Source: Patescibacteria group bacterium (GTDB lineage Bacteria > Patescibacteriota > Patescibacteriia > UBA9570). From it: a DNA stretch of 64,000 nucleotides. The translations under genes and the position numbers were made by a program. Under the pieces are notes generated by a model. That model saw only the letters and a list, made by a program, of their open reading frames with translations, searched no databases and was not told where the DNA came from. The stretch spans positions 43,969-107,968 of the forward strand of contig JBAZWO010000001.1 in assembly GCA_041660305.1 (NCBI GenBank). The letters run 5' to 3'. Of this stretch, positions 43,006 through 54,100 are shown piece after piece (position 1 is the stretch's first letter; every line of letters begins with the position of its first letter).

Positions 43006-44190
43006 CTACATCATCTTCCGGCGAATAAACGCCGGTACTTCTAAATCTTCATCTTCGGAATTATCTACCGGGGGTTCTTGAAGAATACTTTTATTACGAA
43101 AAGCTGGCATGTTGTTAGCTGATTTATCATCGGATTTGGAACTAATAACAGAACGTGCCGTAGTTGTGGCGGCTGAAAACGGACTAGGTCGAACCGTTTG
43201 AATTTTTTTAGTAGCCTTACCAGGATGCCCAAAACCAGTGGCTACCACGGTAATTTTAATTTCATCACCCATGGCCTCATCGATATTGGCACCAAAAATA
43301 ATTTTAGCGTTTGGATCGGCTGATTCGGTAATTACTCGCGCCGCTTCGTTTACTTCATACATACCTAAATTGGAACCGCCAGTAATAGTGAACAAAATAC
43401 CACGGGCTCCGTTTACATCTAGTTCTAATAACGGGCTGTCTACAGCCGCTTTAGCAGCTTCTACTGCACGATTTTCACCGGTAGCCTTGCCAATACCCAT
43501 TAAAGCAGAGCCGGCATTGGACATAACCGATTTCACATCCGCAAAATCCACATTAATTAAGCCAGGCACAGTAATTAAATCGGAAATACCTTGCACACCT
43601 TGAAATAACACATCATCTACGGTTTTAAACGCATCTAACAATGAGGTTTTTTTATCAATAATTTGTAATAAACGATCATTTGGAATAGTGATAATAGTAT
43701 CCACTTGTTCAGCCATTTCATTTAAAGCCACTTCGGCAATTTGTTTGCGTTGTTCTCCTTCAAAAGCAAACGGTTTGGTAACAACAGCTACAGTTAACGC
43801 CCCGGCATCATGAGCCATACCTGCTATTAATGGACCAGCTCCTGAACCAGTCCCGCCACCTAAACCACAGGTAATAAATACCATGTCCGCCCCTTTTACC
43901 AGTTGAGTTAAATCTTCCTGTGATTCTTCAGCGGCTTTGGCTCCAACAGATGGATCCATACCAGCACCTAAACCACGCGTAGTACTTTTGCCAATGTGAA
44001 TTTTATATTTAGCTGGATTATGATGCAACGCTTGAGCATCGGTATTAACTGCTACAAATTCCACTCCTTTTAAACCGCTTTGAATCATGCGCGCTACGGC
44101 TGAACCGCCTGAACCACCTACGCCAACCACTAATATCTTAGCAAATGTTTCTATATCTGGTTTAACTTCCATGTATTTTCCATTGGCCAT
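43006..44190 (-). CDS. ftsZ: cell division protein FtsZ
   Basis: Has GVGGSGGSAV, NTDAQAL, the tubulin signature GLGGGTGSGAGP and the C-terminal DLEVPAFIRR. Confidence 0.95.
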   Translation of the reverse strand: MANGKYMEVKPDIETFAKILVVGVGGSGGSAVARMIQSGLKGVEFVAVNTDAQALHHNPAKYKIHIGKSTTRGLGAGMDPSVGAKAAEESQEDLTQLVKGADMVFITCGLGGGTGSGAGPLIAGMAHDAGALTVAVVTKPFAFEGEQRKQIAEVALNEMAEQVDTIITIPNDRLLQIIDKKTSLLDAFKTVDDVLFQGVQGISDLITVPGLINVDFADVKSVMSNAGSALMGIGKATGENRAVEAAKAAVDSPLLELDVNGARGILFTITGGSNLGMYEVNEAARVITESADPNAKIIFGANIDEAMGDEIKITVVATGFGHPGKATKKIQTVRPSPFSAATTTARSVISSKSDDKSANNMPAFRNKSILQEPPVDNSEDEDLEVPAFIRRKMM

Positions 44191-44302
44191 ATAATATTTT
44201 TATTTAAAATTAATATAGTGTTAATTATAACAAATAGTTACTAATACGTATAGTACTAGTAACTGAATAGATAGTCAATATTATTGAACAAAAAAAGTGT
44301 TC

Positions 44303-45553
44303 TTAGGGCAACAAACTCTTAAACCACTTTTTCATCTTTACGGTAGCATCACCAACCGTAGAAAACTTAGCAAATGAAGAAAAATGCTTAGTTGCGTTAG
44401 TAGCAGCTAAACTTTGACCCCATAATACTAAGCCAAGCGCTGTAGCAAATACTGGATCGTGTATTTTATCAATAGCAGTTTTAAATTGCCGTGGTACTCC
44501 TACTGAAGCTGGTAAATAAAATTGTTTCTTGGCTACATCCACTATACTGTTTAATTTAGCCCCGCCACCGGTTAATACTATACCGGCCGGTAACATGCCG
44601 TGCCGATTAATTAATTTTAATTCTTTATTAACCATGGTAAAAATTTCTTCTAAGCGCGCTTGAATAATTTCAGCTACTTCCCGCCGAGCCACTCGACTAT
44701 TTTCTTTTTCATCAATCATGCTTAAATCAATTTCCTCGTGCTTTCTTACTTCTTCTGGTAACGCTATGCCATATTCCATTTTTATTTGTTCGGCTACTTC
44801 TACCGACGTGCGTAAACCAATAGCAATATCGTTGGTAATATGGCCAGAACCAACTGGAAATATTTTTGTATGAATTACATCGCCATCTTCAAATACCATT
44901 AAGCTGGTGGTTAAACCACCTAAGTTAACTAATGCCACGCCTAATTCTTTTTGACGTTTACTTAACACCGCTTCACTAGCCGCTAATACTCCTAACACTA
45001 AATCTTGAATGTCTGTACCGGTACGATAAACACATTTAGTGAGATTTTTAATTTGTGAAACTAGCCCTAAAATAATTTGCGCTTGTACTTCTAGTTTTAT
45101 TCCGGTCATACCTACTGGATCTTTGATGCCAGCTTGATTATCTACCGTAAATTGCCGCGGGATAACATGTAAAATTTCATAATTCGGTGGCGTAGCCACG
45201 GTTTGAGCAGCTTCAATGACACGATTAACATCTTCCTCTCGAACTTCACCGTCGGCTTTAGATACAGCTACTACACCACGACTATCTTGAGAAATAATAT
45301 GACTACCATTTACACTTACTAAAGCTCGTTCAGTTGGTATACCAGTCATGCGCTCTACCTTATCTAAGGCTCCAGAAATACTAGACACAGCATCTTCAAT
45401 ACTAGTGATTACTCCTTTATTAATACCCTCGGCCGGATGTTCAGCTGCTCCAATAATATGTAGATTATTATCATGGACATTAATTTGACCAACGGCGACA
45501 CGAATACTGGTTGAACCTATATCTAATCCGGTAATCGTATTCATTTTGGCCAT
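44303..45553 (-). CDS. ftsA: cell division protein FtsA
   Basis: Actin-fold blocks GLDIGSTSIRVAV, V.NLGG.TT and LTGGGAKL. Lies upstream of ftsZ. Confidence 0.9.
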   Translation of the reverse strand: MAKMNTITGLDIGSTSIRVAVGQINVHDNNLHIIGAAEHPAEGINKGVITSIEDAVSSISGALDKVERMTGIPTERALVSVNGSHIISQDSRGVVAVSKADGEVREEDVNRVIEAAQTVATPPNYEILHVIPRQFTVDNQAGIKDPVGMTGIKLEVQAQIILGLVSQIKNLTKCVYRTGTDIQDLVLGVLAASEAVLSKRQKELGVALVNLGGLTTSLMVFEDGDVIHTKIFPVGSGHITNDIAIGLRTSVEVAEQIKMEYGIALPEEVRKHEEIDLSMIDEKENSRVARREVAEIIQARLEEIFTMVNKELKLINRHGMLPAGIVLTGGGAKLNSIVDVAKKQFYLPASVGVPRQFKTAIDKIHDPVFATALGLVLWGQSLAATNATKHFSSFAKFSTVGDATVKMKKWFKSLLP

Positions 45554-45631
45554 ATTAATGTTATTGTAGCAAGTAATTATTATTCTGCCTAGCTGTACAC
45601 AGTTAACGTACTTAGTGTTATTATAAAATAA

Positions 45632-46000
45632 CTACGAAAATAAAGCTACTAGGTAAGGTACAAAAATAATTAAAGCAACAATAGCTGAACCTATAGCTGC
45701 TAATAACACCGCTGCCGCCATCATATCTTTGATAATTTCTACATAAGAATGCAAGCGTGGCTTTAAAATATCCACAAATCGTTCCACAATAGTATTGGCT
45801 GTTTCTAATACTAACACAAACATAATTAACATAATTAACACTACTGCCTGCTCTATACTCACCCGAAAAATAATCATGGCTAATATTACCAACCAAGCTA
45901 TCAATACTTGCACTCGAAAACTTTGCTCATTACACCAAATATACCTTAAACCATGCAGCGCATAACGAAAACTTTTAAAAAAATTACCCACTTTAAACAT
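45632..46000 (-). CDS. dgkA: diacylglycerol/undecaprenol kinase (DgkA family)
   Basis: 122 aa with 3 TM helices. Reads F.YA..GL.......SFR.......V, and later E..NT.IE...D. Confidence 0.8.
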   Translation of the reverse strand: MFKVGNFFKSFRYALHGLRYIWCNEQSFRVQVLIAWLVILAMIIFRVSIEQAVVLIMLIMFVLVLETANTIVERFVDILKPRLHSYVEIIKDMMAAAVLLAAIGSAIVALIIFVPYLVALFS

Positions 46001-46397
46001 AAGCTATAATATTTTGTTCTAAACTACGCATCCGTTTAGCCGTTACCGCTGTTTGATGATCAAAACCAAGTAAATGCAAAATACCATGGATAATTAACCA
46101 GGCCACCTCCTGTTTTACAGGCACTTGCTTGTCTTGTGCTTGAACCACGGCTTGTGGATAACATAATATAATGTCTCCATAATTTAGTGCATAAGCAAAA
46201 GATAACACATCAGTAACTGCTGCTTGTTGACGATAAATTGTATTAAGTTTTTTAATCATCGCTTGATTAACCGTTACCACATTAACTAAAAATTCTTTTG
46301 GATAGCGTACTTGTTTACCAACTTGTTGAAAGATCCTGTTAACAAACTTTTGATTTAGCTGGTTAGCTTTTACTTGTTTAATTAGTTGTATTGGCAT
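45993..46397 (-). CDS. ybeY: rRNA maturation RNase YbeY
   Basis: Has TDVLSF and the zinc motif HGILHLLGFDH. Confidence 0.85.
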   Translation of the reverse strand: MPIQLIKQVKANQLNQKFVNRIFQQVGKQVRYPKEFLVNVVTVNQAMIKKLNTIYRQQAAVTDVLSFAYALNYGDIILCYPQAVVQAQDKQVPVKQEVAWLIIHGILHLLGFDHQTAVTAKRMRSLEQNIIAYV

Positions 46398-47541
46398 TAC
46401 TAGCTTGGTTAGTATTGGTTTTGTTAGTGTTTAGATTACTATTAGTAGAACCAGCCATGTTTTTAGTAAATTTTAAACTTTTAGCCATCATAGTAAAAGT
46501 AGTTGGAAAAAACACCTCTGTACTATTACCAAAACGATAGCTAACTACATAAGCATTGTTACTAGTAGTAAAGTAGGCCGTGTAACCATCGGTACTTAAA
46601 ACTCCTTCTACCCCATCAAATGTAACGATTTTACTAAGATTAGTTGCGGCAGTACCAGTTTGATGAGTATACCAATCGGCCGCGTTATAACCAGTAGGAT
46701 TTTTTTCTACTAAAATTTCAATAAATTGCCCAGCAGTATTTTGCGATTTGGAGGTAAATAATATTTCATTAGGTGTTTCTTCCGATAACGCTTCAGCCAT
46801 CCAAGTACTGGGATACCACATGCTAAAACCATAAACCTCACTTTGGTAAGTTGTTACCAGCGTACCAGCGTTAACGCGGCCAGAACTAACTGCATTGGTA
46901 GGATCGTATCCAGCAATAATTTCAGCGCCATCCAAATAGCCGTCGCTATCGGAATCTGGTTTATCCGCCTTGGTTTTATATAAATCCTCTTCTTCATTGG
47001 TTAAATTATCTTTATCAGTGTCTTTACTTGGCACTACAACCACTGCTACACCAGCGTTAGTATTAGCATTAATATTTATATTACTATTAACGTTGTTATT
47101 GCTATTAACATTACTATTGGCATTATTCACTAAACCATTAACGTTACCGTTTATATTGCCGTTAGTATTTAAGTTGCTATTAGTATTTAAATTCCTGTTA
47201 GCATTACTATTGCTATTTAAATTAGTTGTGGCATTGGTAGTTGCCGTTACATTATTATTATTTACTATCACAGCATCTGCCGCTGGTTGATTTATCACAC
47301 TAGTTAACACGTAATACACTGCTCCACTAATAATAGCAATGGCTGAAACCACAATTACAATAATCAATATCCAAGTTTTGCCTCGACCACTCTTTTTTGC
47401 TGCCGGCTCAGCAGTAGAGCTAGTTTGAATAAATTTATCCGGCATCGTATAAATAGTGTCGTTGGCAGTTGGCGGATTAGTATTAGCCGACACGTTATCT
47501 GGCGTATTAATTGAAGTTTGAGCTGTTTTTGGAAAATCCAT
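46378..47541 (-). CDS. membrane-anchored Asn-rich protein with a thrombospondin-type-3-like Asp motif
   Basis: Single TM helix (WILIIVIVVSAIAIISGAVYYVL). A long N-rich tract follows, then DTDKDNLTNEEE..K.DKPDSDSDGYLDGAEI..GYDPTN, then a C-terminal globular domain. Confidence 0.55.
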   Translation of the reverse strand: MDFPKTAQTSINTPDNVSANTNPPTANDTIYTMPDKFIQTSSTAEPAAKKSGRGKTWILIIVIVVSAIAIISGAVYYVLTSVINQPAADAVIVNNNNVTATTNATTNLNSNSNANRNLNTNSNLNTNGNINGNVNGLVNNANSNVNSNNNVNSNININANTNAGVAVVVVPSKDTDKDNLTNEEEDLYKTKADKPDSDSDGYLDGAEIIAGYDPTNAVSSGRVNAGTLVTTYQSEVYGFSMWYPSTWMAEALSEETPNEILFTSKSQNTAGQFIEILVEKNPTGYNAADWYTHQTGTAATNLSKIVTFDGVEGVLSTDGYTAYFTTSNNAYVVSYRFGNSTEVFFPTTFTMMAKSLKFTKNMAGSTNSNLNTNKTNTNQASNANTTN

Positions 47542-47571
47542 ATACTAGTTACAAATAAAAATTAGTTAAAA

Positions 47572-48192
47572 TTATTGTTTAGGAATAGTAAATAAACGCT
47601 TGTTTGGATCTGTATTATTCGGATCATAAAAATGTTTTACTTCATTACCATCCGTGTAACTATCTTTATCAGTATCTGGATTTCTAGGATCGGTACCATA
47701 CACGCGCACTTCCTCTCGATCGGACAAACCATCTTCATCGGTATCTGTTTTCTTTGGATTTGTATTATACACTATTTCTTCCCCATCCGTTAAACCGTCA
47801 AAATCGCTATCAATTGAATTATTTTGATTAGTGTTGCTAAGTGGTGGTGTAATATTAGCACTATTGGTTAATGGTGTAACAATATTATCATTAACTGTAT
47901 TTGTAGTTGCTTTATTAGTTACTGAAGTTGCTGTTAGACCGCGTTGTTTCAACCAAAATAGCACTCCTCCTGTTATTACGCTCAATAATATAATAATTAA
48001 CAAAATTAAAAAAAATTTTCGCCACCGCCAAAAAAAATATTTTATATTTGAACTAAATACCGATAAACTAGTTTGTTTAGGAATAATTACGGCTGGTGTA
48101 TTAACAGTAGGTTCTGTAGCTGTATTATCTACCACAGCAAACACATCTTCCACTACTGGCTCTGCGTTAACATTATTGGCCAACGGTTCCAT
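47572..48192 (-). CDS. membrane-anchored protein with thrombospondin type 3 (calcium-binding) repeats
   Basis: TM helix FFLILLIIILLSVITGGVLFWL. The repeats read DSDFDGLTDGEEIVYNTNPKKTDTDEDGLSDREEVRVYGTDPRNPDTDKDSYTDGNEV. Confidence 0.6.
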   Translation of the reverse strand: MEPLANNVNAEPVVEDVFAVVDNTATEPTVNTPAVIIPKQTSLSVFSSNIKYFFWRWRKFFLILLIIILLSVITGGVLFWLKQRGLTATSVTNKATTNTVNDNIVTPLTNSANITPPLSNTNQNNSIDSDFDGLTDGEEIVYNTNPKKTDTDEDGLSDREEVRVYGTDPRNPDTDKDSYTDGNEVKHFYDPNNTDPNKRLFTIPKQ

Positions 48193-51100
48193 AATCAGCG
48201 CTGGTAGTTAATGATTTATCAACGTGATAATTAAAGGTCTTACAGCCTGATTTAGAATAACTTTGCGCCCAAGGTGCACAAGGATCATTGAGTTCTTCTT
48301 TCCAACTACCAATATTTGTATATTCTAAATTAGCATATAAATTAAAATTACGCTGCGTAGTATCGTAAATATATTGATAAACATGCGATTCAGCCGGACC
48401 TTTGTAATCTTTAAATACCGGATCCCAACATGTACCACTTTCGTCGTAATAAGAATAAATATAATCACCGGTGGTTGGATCGGTGGCGTTTGGATTCACA
48501 GTTGAATCGGATAAATCTGGTGGCTTATAAAGACATTCTTTAGCTGCGTTATTAAAAGTATTTACTGAATCAACTGGTAATGTTTGTCCAAGCGCATTAC
48601 CTAAATTAGCCGCCCAGGATGGCCAAACTGAAGTAGTTAAATTAGTAATATATGAACCAGACTCTAATTGAGGATAATCATTATTTGTTTCATAATACTG
48701 GTGTAATAAATAAGCCATGGAACCAAAATCATTTATTCTAGCTGTATCACGTATTAATTTTTGCTTTTCTACCTGACACTCTAAAGATAAACTAGTATTA
48801 GTGTTAAAGTCTAAACCATCTAGTATAGCTTGTACCGCCGCCGTAGTAGCGTTATTAGCATTGCTACTATAAGACAATACATAGATATATGGCGTAATAA
48901 CACCGGCCGTACCATTTTCTACTAAATTAGTGGCCGCAATATAGTAAGTATTATTCACTTGTACCGCCCGATAACCATCAATTGGATTAATGCTACGCGG
49001 AGTTTCTGTAGTATTAGCAAATAAGCTGTACCATAAATCTGGGTTAACACTATCTTTATAATTAGAGGCATTAGTTAAACTATTTGGATAAACCCGCAAA
49101 GCAATAATATTGTTGTTTGCATTCGGATCATTATCAGATTTAAGCGCGGTAGCATCTTTAAACGCTGCTTCGTATAGAAAGGGCACGGTTTCCTGGTACT
49201 GTGTGGCAGCTTGATCTTGTGTAGCACGAGAAAAAACTTCTATAAAATCTGGTAAATCACCATCGCGACAATATGACCAGCGGAAATTATAATCATTATT
49301 TTCATAAATAGTTAGTTGATCCGTGCTGGAACAAAACTTAACCCACAACATTGGACTAGTAGCAGTTAATGATCCTGTCCAACCATCGTCATTAGCTGCA
49401 TCGGCATTAATAGTTACGCTTACAGTATCACTGCCACCATCTTTTTTGCCAGCTGTAACAGTTTGTTGGGCTTGATTTTCATTAAAATTTCCTCCCTCGA
49501 TAATACCAAGCGCCGGACATTCATTTTCATCCAAATTTTCTAATGTAGCATATTTTTCTTTCCAACTATATGTCCAATTATATACTCCTGTAATTGGTGT
49601 AACTAGTTGATCATCTGTTGTGGAAGCTTTATCGGCTCCAGCACTATATACTACAGCTTTCATGGCTTCTTTTTGTCCGGCCTTAGTAAAGGTATAACCG
49701 GCATCAATGAATTTGCTATTTTTTGCTTCTAACGTAACTCGACTTGGCGCACAATTATTAGTGAACGCAGTTTGATCTGGTACCGTGGTAAAAGTATAGG
49801 TTAGCTTATCACCGGTACAAGTAACACCTTCAGCGCCACAACCAATTGCTACTCCGTCGGCTAAACTAACAACACCGCCTTGATGATTGGTGCCTGGTTC
49901 AACCTTACCACTAGCTAGTAGTGTTAACTGGTATTGCGTATTAAATTCTAATAAACTTTTTTGCAACACAGTAATGCTGGTACCGTCTTCTGATAACGTA
50001 ACTGCATTAGTAAAATCTTCACCGGTAGCTACTTTTGTTAACGTTACATAATTTTTTAAATCTGGTGTATTAGCCGCTTCTGTACCAAACGCGGCACTAG
50101 TGGTAACTGGTAAATTAAATTTAATTGAGATATTGGCATTTGAACAAACATTGGTAGTTTGTGGCACCGGCATAGATGCACTACTTAGTATCTGTGGTTG
50201 CAAAGCACAAGTGCCGACATCATAATTATTTAGTTCTTTAGTGGTGGCGTCATCATATACACAACTAGTGTGATTGCAACAAGAATTATACCCAGCCGTA
50301 AGTGTTTCCCTACAAAAACCTGTAGTAGTGGTAGTACAAGCGCCAAACGTAGGATTATTAGGATCGCTAGCGTTTCCAGGATGATACGTAAAATTACAAT
50401 TCATACTGGTATTCTCACCACAATCAGCACAAGTATTACACGCTACCGCAAAATCTAAGCCATTACTGGTACATTGTTGATTCGCTGTAGTAGTAGATAC
50501 GGCCACTACATTACCACTTTCAGCTGATGAGGGAATATTAGTATTATAAGCCGGCATTACACCTGGAATATAATCATTAATCACTGCCTGAATGTTGTTA
50601 TTAAATACCACCGAACCAGATAGTTTTACATAATTTGGCGTAGTAGCCTGACAAGCCGGATCTATTGTACAACTAGTAATGGCATCGGCTGGCATACAAG
50701 CCGAAGCACCTTCTGGAATGCTACAAAGCACTGTGCCTGAGCCATCACCAGCGTAATAATCACATACACCAGTACTGGCATTATAAACTGCGTTAGAATC
50801 GTTACTGTCTACTGTTTGTGGTGAACATGGTTCTGGTATGGTATAAGTATCTGGTGTAACAGCACAGTTAGTTTGCCCCTCTGCTATATTGCAAGATTTT
50901 TTATCACTAGTAGTACAAGGACAATAACCACCTTTTTCTCCATAAAAATAATAGCCTGTTAACGTAGTGTTACTAGCAGTGTTGTTACTGGTATAAGCGC
51001 CGTATTCTGGATTAATATCACATAAAATAGGCATGCTAACTTCTGAACAACTGTTGTCTTTGGTAAACACTGCTGCTTCAACAATATCCGATACTTGTGT

Positions 51101-54100
51101 AACCACCTGACCAGAACTATTCGTTGAAGCTTGAGTAACTAATAAATCAGCTTTTGTGTCATTATCATCAGTAAAGGTTTTGTCTGGAATATTAATAATA
51201 ATTCGCTCATTATTCCAAGCTTGTTCTGCACAAGCTAAATCAGCAATTATATCATCCACCCCTTCAACTTCACTATAAACTGTAACCTGGCTAGCAGAAT
51301 CATAATACGAACCAAAATAACAACCCTGTACCGTAACCGGTTGCCCAATAGCGCCTTGAGTTGGACTTAGCTTAGTAACTACTGGCTTACAAAAACCGTT
51401 ATTGCAAGTAGATTTACACGCACCGTTATTACAATCAGCGTCGCTGGCACAAATATTACATTGTTCTGTAGGCACACATTGTCCACCTAAACAACATTTA
51501 CTAGCACAATCATTTTTATAACCACACGATACAGCAAAGGCTAAGGCATTACTTGTGGCTGTGCTTTGACCGCTTTGATTATTTTCCACTCGTACACCAA
51601 AACTACTATCACCCGTACTATAAGCCGGGATTTTTACCGCTTGAATTAATGTATCTGTCCATTTAAAAATTTGTTTGCCATCATTCACACTACTGTTTCG
51701 ACTAGTTACTTTACCACTAGCATCTTTTACTGCAAACGTAACCGCTTCTTGCTCATTATTTTTTAACAAATTAAAATTTTCCCCAGCCAAATCGGTAGTG
51801 GAACCTTCTTGGGTAGTGCTAGGTTTAGCTGAACACAAACAAGCGGTTTTTTCGTTGCCAATTTCACAATTTGTATCACTCGAACCAGTTAAATTATTAC
51901 CGTTCATGTCTTGATAATAGCTGTTTACCGTAATGCCATAACTACCGGCTGAAAAATCATTACTTTCTGGCACTTTTACTACAATTTGATTATTATCCCA
52001 AACATCCTGACAGCTATCTGGATTAGGATATTCTGCTTCAGTAGTAACACTATTACTATTAAATGTTACTGAACCTACTGCTGGCGCCACATAATTAGTA
52101 TTTTTATCATCACACTTTTGTTGTCCAGGAATAATACAACTAGTTTCTCCGGCTGATACTGAACATGTTTGATTAGCTAGTGTACAAGTACAACCAGTTA
52201 TCACTCCACTATACTGTTCACTATCACTATATTGCACTGTAGCTGAATTACTAGAACAAGTTTCTTTGTTTGGTAATACACACAGCTGCTCATCTAAACT
52301 GCAATAAGTAGAATGATCATTTAACAAACATTTGGTACCACCAACTGATACTGAACAAGTTTTATCCGGTTTGCTCTGACTAGCACAAGAACAATATGGT
52401 TCAGCACTACGATCTGGGCCAAAATAACAGCCGTTAACTGTTAAACAACCACCCTTACCAGCAGTATCCGGACTAAAACCAGTAATATCTGGGGTGCAAT
52501 GATGACTGGCTGGATCACATGTAGTCTGCTGACAACTTTGGGTATAACAATCGGTATCATTGGTACAATAGCCATAATCTACATCTACAACAGCGGTATC
52601 GGTAACTGTGCTATTTTTTTGTACTAAATCAGTAGTAACTGTGCGCATGCCCATATTACTAGAATTCTGGCCTTGTAAACAAACTGTATTGTAACCAATA
52701 TCAGTGGTAGACGAACTGGTCTGATTAGCAGAAAAAGCAATCACATTAGTATCAGCTACTCCATCACTATTAGCAATATTCCAATTATACTTCCAACTTG
52801 AATTACTACTAGTGTTGTTTAATAGTGAACAATCACTGGTTAATGGCGATGCTTCAAAGGTATATTGGCTGCTATCAACGCTATAGTTTAATAAACAAGT
52901 GTGTAGCGGATCGTATTTAGTTACTTTTTCATAATCAGGTTCTAATAATAAATCACTCGCTTCACAAGCTTCGGCATTATCTTTTACTTGAAACTTCCAG
53001 CTATAATCTGCCGCCATAGGCTGGCCAGCTAAATTAGTAACTGTAGCCGGAATTACTACTTTATAATAAGTATTAGCAGCTAAATTGCTAGCTGGCTTAA
53101 ACTTGTAAGCACTGTAACTTGTGCCAGTATTAGTTGTTTCATGATAATTTGGATAAGTTGTGCTTAATGTACCAATACTATAATTACCACCCACTACATC
53201 TTTACAACTATCATCATCAAATGATTTTTCACTATTAGCACCAGCGTTATTACATTTATATATTTTAGTATTACTGGTAACCAAATTATCATTCATGCGC
53301 GCATTAAACGCAAAATACACTACTGCGTTTACACATACACTAGTTTGATTACTACGTGGATTCGGTAAATATACCGTACTATCATTACAAGCATAATATT
53401 CATATACTTCCGGCGGTGGATTACAACTAATTTTAAAATCCAAGCCATTACTAGATATTTTATTAGCATCCATAGCCACCACATCGTAAGTATCTGGATT
53501 GACCACCGGCGTACCAGTGGTTTTAAACTGCGTATTAGCCCATTGCTGCACCAGTGCCGATACGTAATTATCCATGGTATTAATTCCTTGGAACCAAACG
53601 CTACCTTTGCTGCTACCAAAATTTTCACCTGTGCCCACTACATCATCTTTGCCGGTATCTGAACAAGCTGGCTCTAACTTACATAAGCCTGGGCCAGGTT
53701 TTTTGGTATTAACCGTAAACATTTGCGGATTACTGTATTTAGTGGCTTTGGTAACCACTTGAATATTAGGCGTAGTAATAGCCAGTCCCTCTGGCACTTG
53801 CACGATAATTTGCCTATCTGTCCAACTGTTATCACACACTACCGCTGCTTCTACATCATCAAAGTAAACTTTGCCAACCTCATCGCCGAATTGTTTTCCT
53901 TTAATAGTAACGTATTGTCCCACTGGGCCTTCACTAGGTGAGGTGTACCTGATATATGGCGACAATATTTCAATTGGCGTTGAGGTATCTTCCCCATTAG
54001 CATTTTGTACTGTAACGCCTTCTGTTTGACTAGCTACAGCCGTACGAATAAAAATTTGTTCACTACCTTGATGGTCTACATAACATTTTTCCTCTACATC